DNA of 64,000 bases from Minisyncoccota bacterium (GTDB lineage Bacteria > Patescibacteriota > Minisyncoccia > Phycocordibacterales > UBA2100), in assembly GCA_036517195.1 (NCBI GenBank), contig DATDXU010000002.1:20635-84634 (forward strand), given 5' to 3'. Positions 50,791 through 60,153 of this stretch are shown here, piece by piece. The translations under genes and the position numbers were made by a program. Every line of letters begins with the position of its first letter. Position 1 is the first letter of the stretch. The notes beneath the pieces are model-generated. The model was given only the letters and a program-made list of their open reading frames with translations. It did not search any database and had not been told where the DNA came from.

Positions 50791-52695
50791 ATGACACTGA
50801 ACGACATCCGCTCTAAGTATTTGGAATTTTTTAAGGCGCGTGGGCATACGATTGTTCCTTCGGCGTCCCTTGTGCCAGAAGGGGACTCCACAACGCTTTT
50901 TACGGGAAGCGGTATGCAACCGATGGTCCCGTACCTTCTTGGTAAAAGTCATCCAGCAGGAACGAGAATAGCAGATTCACAAAAATCACTTCGCGCGGAA
51001 GACATAGAAGAGGTGGGGGATAATCGCCATACGACATTTTTTGAGATGCTCGGCAATTGGTCGTTTGGAGATTATTTTAAAAAAGAACAACTTGCGTGGT
51101 GCTTTGAATTTTTGACGGATGTCGTGAAGCTTGATTCGTCGCGTCTCTATGTTTCTGTTTTTATTGGAGACGAACAAAATGCTCTCCCGCAAGACACGGA
51201 ATCAGCCGCTCTTTGGAAAACATTGTTTGCAAAGAAGGGGATTGACGCGCATGAGGTGATGCTTGGTTCTGCCGAAGATGGAAGTCGTCTTGGTATGCAG
51301 GGAGGCCTCTCTACCGGTAGGCAGGGGCGTATTTTTTACTACGATGCAAAGAAAAATTGGTGGTCAAGGGCTGGGGCACCCCCATCCATGCCCGACGGCG
51401 AGATAGGGGGACCGGATTCGGAGGTGTTTTATGATTTTGGAACTCCACACGATTCAAAATATGGCGCGGAGTGTCATCCGAATTGTGATTGTGGGCGATT
51501 TCTTGAAATTTGTAATTCCGTTTTTATGCAATATGTAAAAAAGAACGGAATGTTTATTCCTTTGCCGAATCAAAACGTTGACTTTGGCGGAGGACTTGAG
51601 CGTCTTGCGGCCGCTTCGAATAACGACGCGGACATATTTAGAACAGATGTATTTGCAGAATCTGTTCAGCTTTTGGAATATGTGTCGGGAAAATCTTACA
51701 ATGACTCTCGGTATACGCGCTCGTTTCGCATCGTTGCAGATCATGTTCGCGCTGCCGTTTTTATGCTTGGAGACGGGGTGCGACCGTCTAACACTGAGCG
51801 TGGGTATATCGTACGTCGTCTTATTCGTCGCGCAGCGCTCCACGCGCTGAAGCTTGATGCCGCTGACAAAGATAAAGAAGACGGCGCTGTCGTACGGGTA
51901 GCAAAACTTTTCATTGAAAAATACAGGGGCGCGTACGGGGAGCTTGGGGGGGATGAAGCACACACGCGCATTACAGGTGCCCTGTGGGATGAAGAAAAAT
52001 TATTCGCGCGGACACTGTCGCGCGGTATGCGGGAATTTGAAAAAATCGTCACACTGAAGCATGTGTCCGGCGAAGACGCGTTTACGCTAACCACGACATA
52101 TGGATTTCCATTTGAAATGATAGTGGAAATTGCCAATGAACGTGGAATGTCTGTTGACGAAACTGATTTTAAAAAACGGATGGAGATGCACCAGGCGCTA
52201 TCGCGCGCGGGCGCCGAACAGAAATTCAAAGGCGGTCTTGCCGATACATCAGAAAAAACAACACGCCTCCATACCGCACATCATTTGTTGTTGCGGGCAC
52301 TCCAGATTGTGCTTGGAAGTCACGTAAAACAACGCGGGAGCAACATTACCCAAGAGCGATTGCGCATTGATTTTTCCCATGGAATGAAAATGACCACAGA
52401 ACAAATACGGGAAGTGGAGCGCATTGTGAATGAAAAAATTAAAGAAAAAATACCAGTCGTGCGCACCGAGATGGCTCGTGAGGATGCCGAGCGTCTTGGA
52501 GCCGAACAAGAATTCGGCGTGAAATACGCCGAGCGAGTATCTGTGTATTCTGTAGGGCCCATCGAGAGCGCGTTTTCTCTTGAATTTTGCGGTGGGCCGC
52601 ATGTTACAAATACGAAAGAGCTTGGAATATTCAAAATAAAAAAAGAAGAAGCTGTCGCCGCGGGCGTCAGGCGCATTAAGGGTGTTTTGGAATAG
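50791..52695 (+). CDS. alaS: alanine--tRNA ligase (short form lacking the C-terminal C-Ala domain)
   Basis: N-terminal TLNDIRSKYLEFFKARGHTIVPSASLVPEGDSTTLFTGSGMQPM aligns to E. coli AlaS. The editing-domain HxxxH region is HTAHHLL. The ORF also opens at the ATG at 50779. A TATGAT -10 element lies just upstream. Confidence 0.9.
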   Translation: MTLNDIRSKYLEFFKARGHTIVPSASLVPEGDSTTLFTGSGMQPMVPYLLGKSHPAGTRIADSQKSLRAEDIEEVGDNRHTTFFEMLGNWSFGDYFKKEQLAWCFEFLTDVVKLDSSRLYVSVFIGDEQNALPQDTESAALWKTLFAKKGIDAHEVMLGSAEDGSRLGMQGGLSTGRQGRIFYYDAKKNWWSRAGAPPSMPDGEIGGPDSEVFYDFGTPHDSKYGAECHPNCDCGRFLEICNSVFMQYVKKNGMFIPLPNQNVDFGGGLERLAAASNNDADIFRTDVFAESVQLLEYVSGKSYNDSRYTRSFRIVADHVRAAVFMLGDGVRPSNTERGYIVRRLIRRAALHALKLDAADKDKEDGAVVRVAKLFIEKYRGAYGELGGDEAHTRITGALWDEEKLFARTLSRGMREFEKIVTLKHVSGEDAFTLTTTYGFPFEMIVEIANERGMSVDETDFKKRMEMHQALSRAGAEQKFKGGLADTSEKTTRLHTAHHLLLRALQIVLGSHVKQRGSNITQERLRIDFSHGMKMTTEQIREVERIVNEKIKEKIPVVRTEMAREDAERLGAEQEFGVKYAERVSVYSVGPIESAFSLEFCGGPHVTNTKELGIFKIKKEEAVAAGVRRIKGVLE

Positions 52696-52768
52696 TGATT
52701 GTGAACAATACACATGCGCGCGCGCCATGTTCGAGAAAGGCGGCCGCAGAGCGGTATACTGATTAGTA

Positions 52769-53920
52769 ATGTTTCCTATTCCTTCCTTGCATGGGCGCGA
52801 GAGGATTGTCGCTGTTGCTGATATCGGAAGCGCGAGTGTTGGTGTTGCCATCGGTCGCACCAAACAGGATCATGTAAACGTTTTTGCTTCTGCGACAGCG
52901 ACGGCCCCAGTTATGGATCGTTCACGCGAGCACACCATCGCAACAGTTTCATCTTTATTTTCTGATGCACTAGAAAAGGTGCGGTTGTACCCGGACGCTT
53001 CGAATATCACACACACCCTTCCTGAACAGGGAATTCTTGTCATGCAATCTCCATGGTCTCGCACGGTAACAAAAATGGCGGAAAGAACATTTGATGCAGA
53101 AGAGCACATCACGAAAGGCATCATAGGAGAACTTGCCCGTGAGGCACTTGCCTCTGGGGACACCCCAGAGCATGCGTTTGAAACGACTGTCATTCGTGTC
53201 GCGCTCAATGGGTACCCAACGGCACAACCCGTGGGGAAGTACGCGACCCACATTGCGGTTTTTGTTTTAGTGTCAGACGGGGAGGCGGCCATTGTGTCTG
53301 CGGTAAGCAACATTTTTAAAGAACACTACGGCATCGAAAAGCCCATATATCGCTCTGGAGCCCGAGCGCTACTTTCTGTCATACATCAGGAGGTTGGCGT
53401 TGCCGCCGATTACATGGCGGTACATATTACTGATGGCTCCATGTATTTCTTGGTGATTCGCGAAGGTATTCCGACTGCAACCTCGATTCTTCCTCTAGGA
53501 CTCCATGAGATTCTGAAAAAAATTGCCGGCAAAAATACACCGGAAGAAATGCTGAGCATGTTCTCTCTCGTGGAGAGAAACATGTGTAGCAAAGATGCGT
53601 GTGTTCAGTTTAAAAATTCACTCGCAACATTTGAACCGGAGTGGGTGCGTGCTACGGGAGACACCATGGCGGAACTTTCATTGGAGCGCAAATTGCCGCA
53701 AGACATCTGGCTTAGTGTGGACTCTCGTGTTGGCACATGGTTTGTGTCTCTTTTTTCACGCTTCGATTTCGAACAATTCACCGTAACCGCAAAGCCGTTT
53801 CGCGTTCGAGAGATCACAATGCATAAGGGAAATGTAGAATATCAAGAAGGGGTACATCCGGATTCCTCTCTGAAAATTGCCCTAGAACTTGTCAACATAG
53901 AGCGCGCACAATTGCTATAA
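52769..53920 (+). CDS. ASKHA-fold (actin-like) ATPase, PilM/FtsA/Ppx-like
   Basis: N-terminal phosphate-1 motif IVAVADIGSASVGVAIG. Length 383 aa. The subfamily is unresolved. Confidence 0.45.
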   Translation: MFPIPSLHGRERIVAVADIGSASVGVAIGRTKQDHVNVFASATATAPVMDRSREHTIATVSSLFSDALEKVRLYPDASNITHTLPEQGILVMQSPWSRTVTKMAERTFDAEEHITKGIIGELAREALASGDTPEHAFETTVIRVALNGYPTAQPVGKYATHIAVFVLVSDGEAAIVSAVSNIFKEHYGIEKPIYRSGARALLSVIHQEVGVAADYMAVHITDGSMYFLVIREGIPTATSILPLGLHEILKKIAGKNTPEEMLSMFSLVERNMCSKDACVQFKNSLATFEPEWVRATGDTMAELSLERKLPQDIWLSVDSRVGTWFVSLFSRFDFEQFTVTAKPFRVREITMHKGNVEYQEGVHPDSSLKIALELVNIERAQLL

Positions 53921-53939
53921 AGGTGCTATAGTGTAGGTA

Positions 53940-55289
53940 ATGCCTAAGGATTATTTTGAAGATATCCCTGCCTCAAGTTCATCTGCCGAACAAACAAAAT
54001 CACCAGAATCGCGAGCGGTTCCGATACGGGAAGTGTCAAGCGATCGTTCTATCAGAAATATACCGTCGCCGCGCGCTCGCTCACGTGTACCTGTAGCAAC
54101 AATAGAATCAAAAACACCATGGAAAGCCCCCGATGTTTCTGGGATAACAGCTCGCTATTCCAGGTGGTGGATTTGGGTGGTAGCCGGCGCGACACTTCTT
54201 GTGTTGGGTGGTGTTCTTGTATTTGCGTTTCGACCAACGACGATAACGGTGGTTCCTCGTTCTCACGCGATTGTTTTTGATGCATCAAAGCGATTTACCG
54301 CATATCCGAGCGCGTCAGCACCTTTTGGAGCTCTCGCCTATACGGTAGAAACGCGTGAATTTGAAGATTCTGCCGCAGTTCCTTCTGACGGAGTGGAGCA
54401 GGTTTCTGATAAAGCTCATGGCATGCTCACAGTAGTGAATGAATACTCCGCTTCCCCCGTTCGCCTTATAAAAAATACCAGATTCCAAACTCCGCAAGGG
54501 CTCGTGTTTCGTGTACCAAATACGATAACTGTGCCTGGCAAGAAGGGATCTGTGGGAGGAACAATCGCGGTTGAGGTGTATGCCGATCAGCCGGGGAGTG
54601 ACTATAACGTGGGCCCCGTGTCGCGCTTTTCTCTGCCGGGTCTCAAGTCTTCGGCAGATATGTATGGCAAAGTGTATGCGCGTTCTGACACTGCATTTTC
54701 CGGTGGGTTTGTGGGAGAGCGCCCGAAAGTTGACCCAAAAACACTCGCGAGCGCGCGAGCCGAAGTGAGATCACGTCTCACAGAGCGGGCATCAAATACA
54801 CTGTCCGCATACGAAGGGGGACTTGTCCTTCCGGGACTTTTGAATCTCGCATTTTCTTCACTTCCAGAAACGGCAGAGGCCGAAGCGGGGGTGCGTATTC
54901 ATGAAAAGATAGTTGCGACATTTCCGGTATTTTCTTCAGAATCTTTTGCGGAAGATATTGCCGGGGATGCCATCGGGGATATACGGGGAGCGACACTGCG
55001 TTTTGCAGCGCGCGAAACATTTTCCGCGACGGCTGACACGCAATCTCTACAGGGGTTGGGTAAAAATCCATTGCTATTTACACTGCAGGGAGAGGGGATG
55101 ATCGTGTTCGATGTTGATGGCGAGGGATTGGCATCTGCGCTTGCTGGCCGCGAGACAGCTTCATTCGAAACGATCGTATCTGAGTTTGCTGGCATAGAAA
55201 CTGCGCGCGCTAAAGTGGGGCCGTTTTGGTCCAGTACATTTCCAGACGATCCTGTTGATATCCGCGTTACGATTGAAAGCAATGAATAG
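53940..55289 (+). CDS. hypothetical single-pass membrane protein (449 aa)
   Basis: A Ser/Arg-rich cytoplasmic N-terminal region of about 75 aa, one TM helix (WWIWVVAGATLLVLGGVLVFAF), and a large extracytoplasmic domain. Confidence 0.5.
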   Translation: MPKDYFEDIPASSSSAEQTKSPESRAVPIREVSSDRSIRNIPSPRARSRVPVATIESKTPWKAPDVSGITARYSRWWIWVVAGATLLVLGGVLVFAFRPTTITVVPRSHAIVFDASKRFTAYPSASAPFGALAYTVETREFEDSAAVPSDGVEQVSDKAHGMLTVVNEYSASPVRLIKNTRFQTPQGLVFRVPNTITVPGKKGSVGGTIAVEVYADQPGSDYNVGPVSRFSLPGLKSSADMYGKVYARSDTAFSGGFVGERPKVDPKTLASARAEVRSRLTERASNTLSAYEGGLVLPGLLNLAFSSLPETAEAEAGVRIHEKIVATFPVFSSESFAEDIAGDAIGDIRGATLRFAARETFSATADTQSLQGLGKNPLLFTLQGEGMIVFDVDGEGLASALAGRETASFETIVSEFAGIETARAKVGPFWSSTFPDDPVDIRVTIESNE

Positions 55290-55325
55290 ACAGCGCATGT
55301 GGTCCCTGCTATCATTGAGTTCCGA

Positions 55326-55532
55326 ATGACGGAATCCACGTTCACAGAAGGGCAGATTGAAGAGGCGTTGCCGAATACACTTTTTCGCGTAAAAATTGCA
55401 ACGGGGGAGTTACTTCTTGCGTATCTTGCCGGCAAAATGCGCCTTCATAAGATTAAAGTGCTTTTAGGTGATCGTGTACAGCTTCAAATAGACCCCTATG
55501 GAGGAAAGGCCAGAATTGTTAAACGCCTCTAA
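55326..55532 (+). CDS. infA: translation initiation factor IF-1
   Basis: EALPNTLFRVKIATGELLLAYLAGKMRLHKIKVLLGDRVQLQIDPYGGKARIVKR aligns to the E. coli IF1 S1 domain. Confidence 0.9.
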   Translation: MTESTFTEGQIEEALPNTLFRVKIATGELLLAYLAGKMRLHKIKVLLGDRVQLQIDPYGGKARIVKRL

Positions 55533-55584
55533 ACAATACAGAGTCATTTTGCGAAAATAGCGTGTGCATGGTACTGTGGTACCC

Positions 55585-55698
55585 ATGAAAGTTAAATCAT
55601 CCGTAAAGAAAATTTGCATGCATTGCCGGCACGTACGCAGGCGCGGTCGTGTGTGGGTTATTTGCAAAAATCCGAGGCACAAACAGCGACAGGGGTGA
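55585..55698 (+). CDS. rpmJ: 50S ribosomal protein L36
   Basis: [37 protein letters not shown], compared with the consensus [37 protein letters not shown]. Not in the ORF track, which omits ORFs under 60 aa. Confidence 0.93.
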   Translation: MKVKSSVKKICMHCRHVRRRGRVWVICKNPRHKQRQG

Positions 55699-55777
55699 TT
55701 TCTTCATGATGACCTTGCTTCTTTGGTGATTGTGCGGTATATTTTGTCGTTCGACTTTTTTATTTATTTCGTACACC

Positions 55778-56161
55778 ATGCTACGCATATCTGGAGTTAC
55801 CATACCTGAAAGCAAGCGCCTCGATATGGGGCTCACTGCTATTTATGGGGTTGGGAGACCGCGCGCCAAAACTACACTCTTAGCGCTCGGCATAGACCCA
55901 AGTTCAAAGCCAAAAGACCTGACTCCAAAAAACGAACAGGCGCTACGAGACATGATAGAGCAGTATAAAGTTGAAGGTGAGTTGCGTCGCGCAATTTCTG
56001 CTAATATTCGGCGACTCAAAGATATAAAAGCGTATCGAGGTATACGGCACGTGAAGCACTTGCCATCTCGCGGACAAAGAACGAAGACCAATTGTCGGAC
56101 AGTGCGAGGGAATGTTCGCAAAACAATGTTGTCTGGGAGACGCAAACTTGAAAAAACATAA
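55778..56161 (+). CDS. rpsM: 30S ribosomal protein S13
   Basis: MLRISGVTIPESKRLDMGLTAIYGVGRPRA...GQRTKTNCRTVRG. Confidence 0.95.
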   Translation: MLRISGVTIPESKRLDMGLTAIYGVGRPRAKTTLLALGIDPSSKPKDLTPKNEQALRDMIEQYKVEGELRRAISANIRRLKDIKAYRGIRHVKHLPSRGQRTKTNCRTVRGNVRKTMLSGRRKLEKT

Positions 56162-56173
56162 ACACTATAATAC

Positions 56174-56608
56174 ATGGGAAAGAAACGAATCATACGCAAA
56201 TCGGGTGGCTCAGTCGACCAAGGTCTCAAGTCGAGATCTTTGGCGCGTGTCGCGAAGAAAAATATCACTGCGGGAACATTACACGTTCATGCCACATACA
56301 ATAATACGCAAGTACTTTTATCTGACCGCGCCGGGAACACAATCGCGTGGTCTTCTGCGGGGGCGCTCGGGTTTTCAGGCGCAAAAAAAGGAACTCCATT
56401 TGCTGCCGCAAAAGTGGGAGAGCTTATTGGCGAAAAGGCGAATATAATCGGAATCAAGGAGGTTGATGTTGTTATTCGTGGCGTGGGTGCCGGACGTGAA
56501 TCCACACTTCGCGCCTTTGCCTCAAAAGGTATTGATGTGGTGCGCATTTCAGATGACACACCGGTGCCTCACAATGGCCCGCGCCCACCGAAGCCGAGAA
56601 GAATTTAA
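56174..56608 (+). CDS. rpsK: 30S ribosomal protein S11
   Basis: ...GTLHVHATYNNTQVLLSDRAGNTIAWSSAG...KKGTPFAAAKVGE... Confidence 0.95.
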   Translation: MGKKRIIRKSGGSVDQGLKSRSLARVAKKNITAGTLHVHATYNNTQVLLSDRAGNTIAWSSAGALGFSGAKKGTPFAAAKVGELIGEKANIIGIKEVDVVIRGVGAGRESTLRAFASKGIDVVRISDDTPVPHNGPRPPKPRRI

Positions 56609-56625
56609 GTACCCATAACATCTTT

Positions 56626-57237
56626 ATGCTCCAGATAAAATCAAAATATAAAATCGCAAAACGTCTTGGGGGACACCTGTTTGAACAAACACAGACACAA
56701 AAGTTTTCTCTTTCTGACGCACGCTTCAAAAAACAAAAAAAACAGCGACGTGGGGGGTCAGACTTCAATCGTCAATTACTTGAAAAGCAAAAAGTCCGCT
56801 ATTCATACGGACTTTCAGAAAGGCAGCTTGGAACATATGCCGCGCGCGCGTTCGAAACAGAAAACCCACAGCGGACACTCCACGAAATGCTCGAATCGCG
56901 CCTTGACAATGTCGTCTATCGTGCTCAATTTTTAAGCACAAGACGAGCGGCGCGCCAAGCCGTTTCTCATGGGCACATTACGGTTAATGGTAGAAAAGTG
57001 ACAAGACCTTCATTTTCCGTTTCTCCCAAAGATGTGATTGGAATTCGAGAAGGAAGCAGAACCAGCGTCTTATTTTCCGCGCTTCAAAACGAAAAAGAGG
57101 GGGAGGTACGTCAGATACCGAAATGGTTATCACCTGATTATAATCTTCTTACGGCTCGCATTTCTTCAAAACCAGAATATGTTCCGGCAGAACATGCTCT
57201 CGATTACCAGACGGTGTTTGAATTTTATAGCAGATAG
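56626..57237 (+). CDS. rpsD: 30S ribosomal protein S4
   Basis: ...NRQLLEKQKVRYSYGLSERQL... with the S4 RNA-binding domain. Confidence 0.93.
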   Translation: MLQIKSKYKIAKRLGGHLFEQTQTQKFSLSDARFKKQKKQRRGGSDFNRQLLEKQKVRYSYGLSERQLGTYAARAFETENPQRTLHEMLESRLDNVVYRAQFLSTRRAARQAVSHGHITVNGRKVTRPSFSVSPKDVIGIREGSRTSVLFSALQNEKEGEVRQIPKWLSPDYNLLTARISSKPEYVPAEHALDYQTVFEFYSR

Positions 57238-57313
57238 GGTATAATGGTGCCCACGTGTAGCCACAAGTCATTATTATCACACAGTTAGTGTCTCAATCTA
57301 TCGAAATTATCAT

Positions 57314-58282
57314 ATGAGCGATTATCACATTGCCTTGCCAAGTAAGCCACGTATTGTTTCCGAAACGGAAACAAGTGGTTCCTATGAGATAGATGGATTG
57401 TATCCGGGATACGGATATACACTGGGTAACTCATTGCGCCGAATCATTCTTTCGTCTCTGCCGGGTGCCGCTATCACCCATGTAAAAATTCCCGGTGTCC
57501 CACATGAATTTTCAACCATAGAAGGTGTCCGAGAAGATGTCGTTACCCTTCTTCTCAATGTGCGAAAGATTCGTTTACGATTATCGACTGACGAAGCGCA
57601 GGTGCTAACACTTGGAGTGAAGGGACCAAAAGACATTGTGGCATCCGATCTCACAACCCCGGGTCAAATTGAGATACTCAACCCAGAACAACACATCATG
57701 ACGGTTACCGGAAAAGTTTCTTTTGAAATGGAGCTGCATGCGGAGAGGGGATTGGGATATGTGCCGAAAGAAGTTCATCAAAAGGAACGAGTGGATATTG
57801 GCGCGATCGCGCTTGATGCTATTTTTTCTCCAATCCGCCGTGTAAATTACGAGGTTGAAAATATGCGTGTCGGGGACAGAACAGATTTTAATCGTCTTCG
57901 CATTTTTGTAGAAACAGACGGAACAGTAACCCCTCGTGATGCTCTCGAACGTTCTATCGAAACCATGATTCATCAGTTGAAAGCTATCGTTGGATTCAAG
58001 GAAGAAGAAGTTCCCGTTGAAGTAAAAGCTGAACAGGAAGAGACGCTTTTGCCTCGGGAAGATAGGCCGCTTGCTGACGCGGAATTATTGAAAACTCGCA
58101 TCACAGAATTAAAACTTCCTGCTCGAGTGGAAATGGCACTTGATGACGCGTCCATTCGTACTGTTGGTGGGTTGGTGCGCAAACGAGAAGACGATCTATT
58201 GTCAATTGAGGGTCTTGGGCAAAAAGGACTACAAGACATAAAGCGCGCACTTTCAAACCTTGGATTGACCTTGCGACAATAG
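57314..58282 (+). CDS. rpoA: DNA-directed RNA polymerase subunit alpha
   Basis: ...GYGYTLGNSLRRIILSSLPGAAITHVKIPGVPHEFSTIEGVREDV..., with the C-terminal alpha-CTD HhH. Confidence 0.96.
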   Translation: MSDYHIALPSKPRIVSETETSGSYEIDGLYPGYGYTLGNSLRRIILSSLPGAAITHVKIPGVPHEFSTIEGVREDVVTLLLNVRKIRLRLSTDEAQVLTLGVKGPKDIVASDLTTPGQIEILNPEQHIMTVTGKVSFEMELHAERGLGYVPKEVHQKERVDIGAIALDAIFSPIRRVNYEVENMRVGDRTDFNRLRIFVETDGTVTPRDALERSIETMIHQLKAIVGFKEEEVPVEVKAEQEETLLPREDRPLADAELLKTRITELKLPARVEMALDDASIRTVGGLVRKREDDLLSIEGLGQKGLQDIKRALSNLGLTLRQ

Positions 58283-58301
58283 TGGGAGCATCTTTTGGAA
58301 T

Positions 58302-58658
58302 ATGCGACATCACAAACGTAGTCGAAAGCTGAACCGCGTGAAGCGTCAAAGGGTGGCACTTCTTCGTTCGCTCGCGCGCTCCCTCGTGCTTCATGGGGGC
58401 ATAACGACAACGGTCGCAAAGGCGAAAGAATTGCGACCATTTGTGGAGAGTTTGGTTACGGAGAGCAAGAAAGGAACTCTCGCATCCGGTCGCATGGTCA
58501 CAATCGACCTGTGCGGTTCAAAAGAGGCTGGGAAAAAATTAAAAGAAACAACCGTTGCACGTTTTATAAACCGTCATGGCGGATATACGCGTATTGTAAA
58601 ACTTGGACGAATAGGAAAGAGGGTCGGAGAAATGGCGCGAATTGAGTTTGTGCAATAG
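58302..58658 (+). CDS. rplQ: 50S ribosomal protein L17
   Basis: MRHHKRSRKLNRVKRQRVALLRSLARSLVLHGGITTTVAKAKELRPFVE. Confidence 0.95.
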   Translation: MRHHKRSRKLNRVKRQRVALLRSLARSLVLHGGITTTVAKAKELRPFVESLVTESKKGTLASGRMVTIDLCGSKEAGKKLKETTVARFINRHGGYTRIVKLGRIGKRVGEMARIEFVQ

Positions 58659-58667
58659 ATACACAGT

Positions 58668-59030
58668 ATGAAACAAAAGACAACAACACATGAATATACC
58701 ATTAACGCATCGGGGAGGTCTCTTGGTCGCGTGGCCTCCGAGGTGGCAAAGGCACTTATGGGAAAAATGAATTCATCGTACACACCGCATCACGCTCCGA
58801 GTACCAAGGTGCTTGTTCAGCACACCGCGAAGCTTCACATATCAGAAAAAAAACGCAGTATAGAGCACACAAGATACACGGGATATCCTGGAGGATTGAG
58901 GCAAGAGACACTCGGTTCATACATGGCTCGTCGGGGGAAATCAGAAACATTGCGTCGCACAGTGCGGGGGATGTTGCCTCGCAATCAGCAATTGACCGAA
59001 AGAATGAAAAATTTGAAAATTGAAGAATAA
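58668..59030 (+). CDS. rplM: 50S ribosomal protein L13
   Basis: ...INASGRSLGRVASEVAKALMGK... Confidence 0.92.
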   Translation: MKQKTTTHEYTINASGRSLGRVASEVAKALMGKMNSSYTPHHAPSTKVLVQHTAKLHISEKKRSIEHTRYTGYPGGLRQETLGSYMARRGKSETLRRTVRGMLPRNQQLTERMKNLKIEE

Positions 59031-59035
59031 TCCAT

Positions 59036-59434
59036 ATGAATGCACACCACATACAATATACGGAAGCGGTTGGGCGCAGAAAAACGGCGAGCGCCAGAGT
59101 TCGTATACATGCAGCAAAAAATTCATCTATCACAGTGAATGGGAAAAATGCAGATGAATATTTTCCACTCACTGGCATGGTAAAAACAGCACACGCGCCA
59201 CTTGTAGCACTTCAGGCATCATATGCGGTGAGTGTGAAAGTTTCTGGCGGTGGTCTGAAAGCGCAGGCAGAGGCAGTACGTCACGGTCTTTCGCGCGCAA
59301 TTGCTGGGCTTGTACCAGAACAAAGGAAAGAGCTCAAACTGCGGGGTTTTCTGAAGCGTGACCCGCGCGCCAAAGAGCGTAAAAAATTCGGTCTTAAGGC
59401 GGCACGTAGGGCTCCCCAATGGAGTAAACGATAG
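59036..59434 (+). CDS. rpsI: 30S ribosomal protein S9
   Basis: ...GGGLKAQAEAVRHGLSRAI...DPRAKERKKFGLKAARRAPQWSKR. Confidence 0.95.
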   Translation: MNAHHIQYTEAVGRRKTASARVRIHAAKNSSITVNGKNADEYFPLTGMVKTAHAPLVALQASYAVSVKVSGGGLKAQAEAVRHGLSRAIAGLVPEQRKELKLRGFLKRDPRAKERKKFGLKAARRAPQWSKR

Positions 59435-59463
59435 ATCTGGGCTCAGCCCGGGGTGGGGTGTCC

Positions 59464-59491
59464 TTGATTTTTTGCTCGCACACGGTATAAT
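59464..59491 (+). promoter_or_regulatory. sigma70 promoter TTGATT-16-TATAAT giving a leaderless or near-leaderless grpE-dnaK-dnaJ transcript
   Basis: -10 TATAAT ends 8 nt before the grpE ATG (59500). No CIRCE inverted repeat is present. Confidence 0.55.
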
Positions 59492-59499
59492 TCTTCCAA

Positions 59500-60105
59500 A
59501 TGGCCGAACACGATACAGATAGCCCGCGCAGAGATGGCTCGCGCGAGTCAAAAGACACGAACCTTGAATCAACCAAAGATGAATCCGAGGTTGATTTTGA
59601 ACCTGAAGATGAGGTTGGGGGCATGGTTGCATTACGCGCAAAGGTACAAAAAATAAAGTTAGAACTTGAGCACTGCAAGAAAGAGAATAAAGAATACTTG
59701 AATGGATGGCAGAGGTGTAAGGCAGATGCGATTAATGCAAAGCGCGAAACGCTTCAGGCATTGGAGCGCGGTGCGGGAGGTATACAGGAGGCGTTGCTTC
59801 TCGAGATTATTCCTGTTTTAGATAGTTTCGATGCCGCCTCCGGTGGCACCGCGTGGGAGGCACTGGACGCAACGTGGCGACGCGGGATGGAGCATATACA
59901 CAACCAACTGTTGGATGTGTGCAGACGGCATGGGGTTGAGCGTTATGGGAAAGTTGGGGATATGGCAGATCACACACTTCACGACGTTGTAGAGGAGCGG
60001 GACGATGTTCCTGGGCTCTCTGGAGAAATCGCACGTATAGTACGGCATGGGTACAGAGTCGGGGAGAGGGTTGTGCGGTCGGCACAAGTCATTGTCAAAA
60101 AATAA
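59500..60105 (+). CDS. grpE: nucleotide exchange factor GrpE
   Basis: Coiled-coil region followed by ...LLLEIIPVLDSFDAA..., the GrpE signature. Confidence 0.9.
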   Translation: MAEHDTDSPRRDGSRESKDTNLESTKDESEVDFEPEDEVGGMVALRAKVQKIKLELEHCKKENKEYLNGWQRCKADAINAKRETLQALERGAGGIQEALLLEIIPVLDSFDAASGGTAWEALDATWRRGMEHIHNQLLDVCRRHGVERYGKVGDMADHTLHDVVEERDDVPGLSGEIARIVRHGYRVGERVVRSAQVIVKK

Positions 60106-60153
60106 CATAGTATAGTTGCGGGTAATCAAAAAATACATTATTTTATACACTAT

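Noticed and set aside
59435-59499. CIRCE/HrcA operator upstream of grpE-dnaK
   Set aside because: No TTAGCACTC-N9-GAGTGCTAA-like inverted repeat is present.
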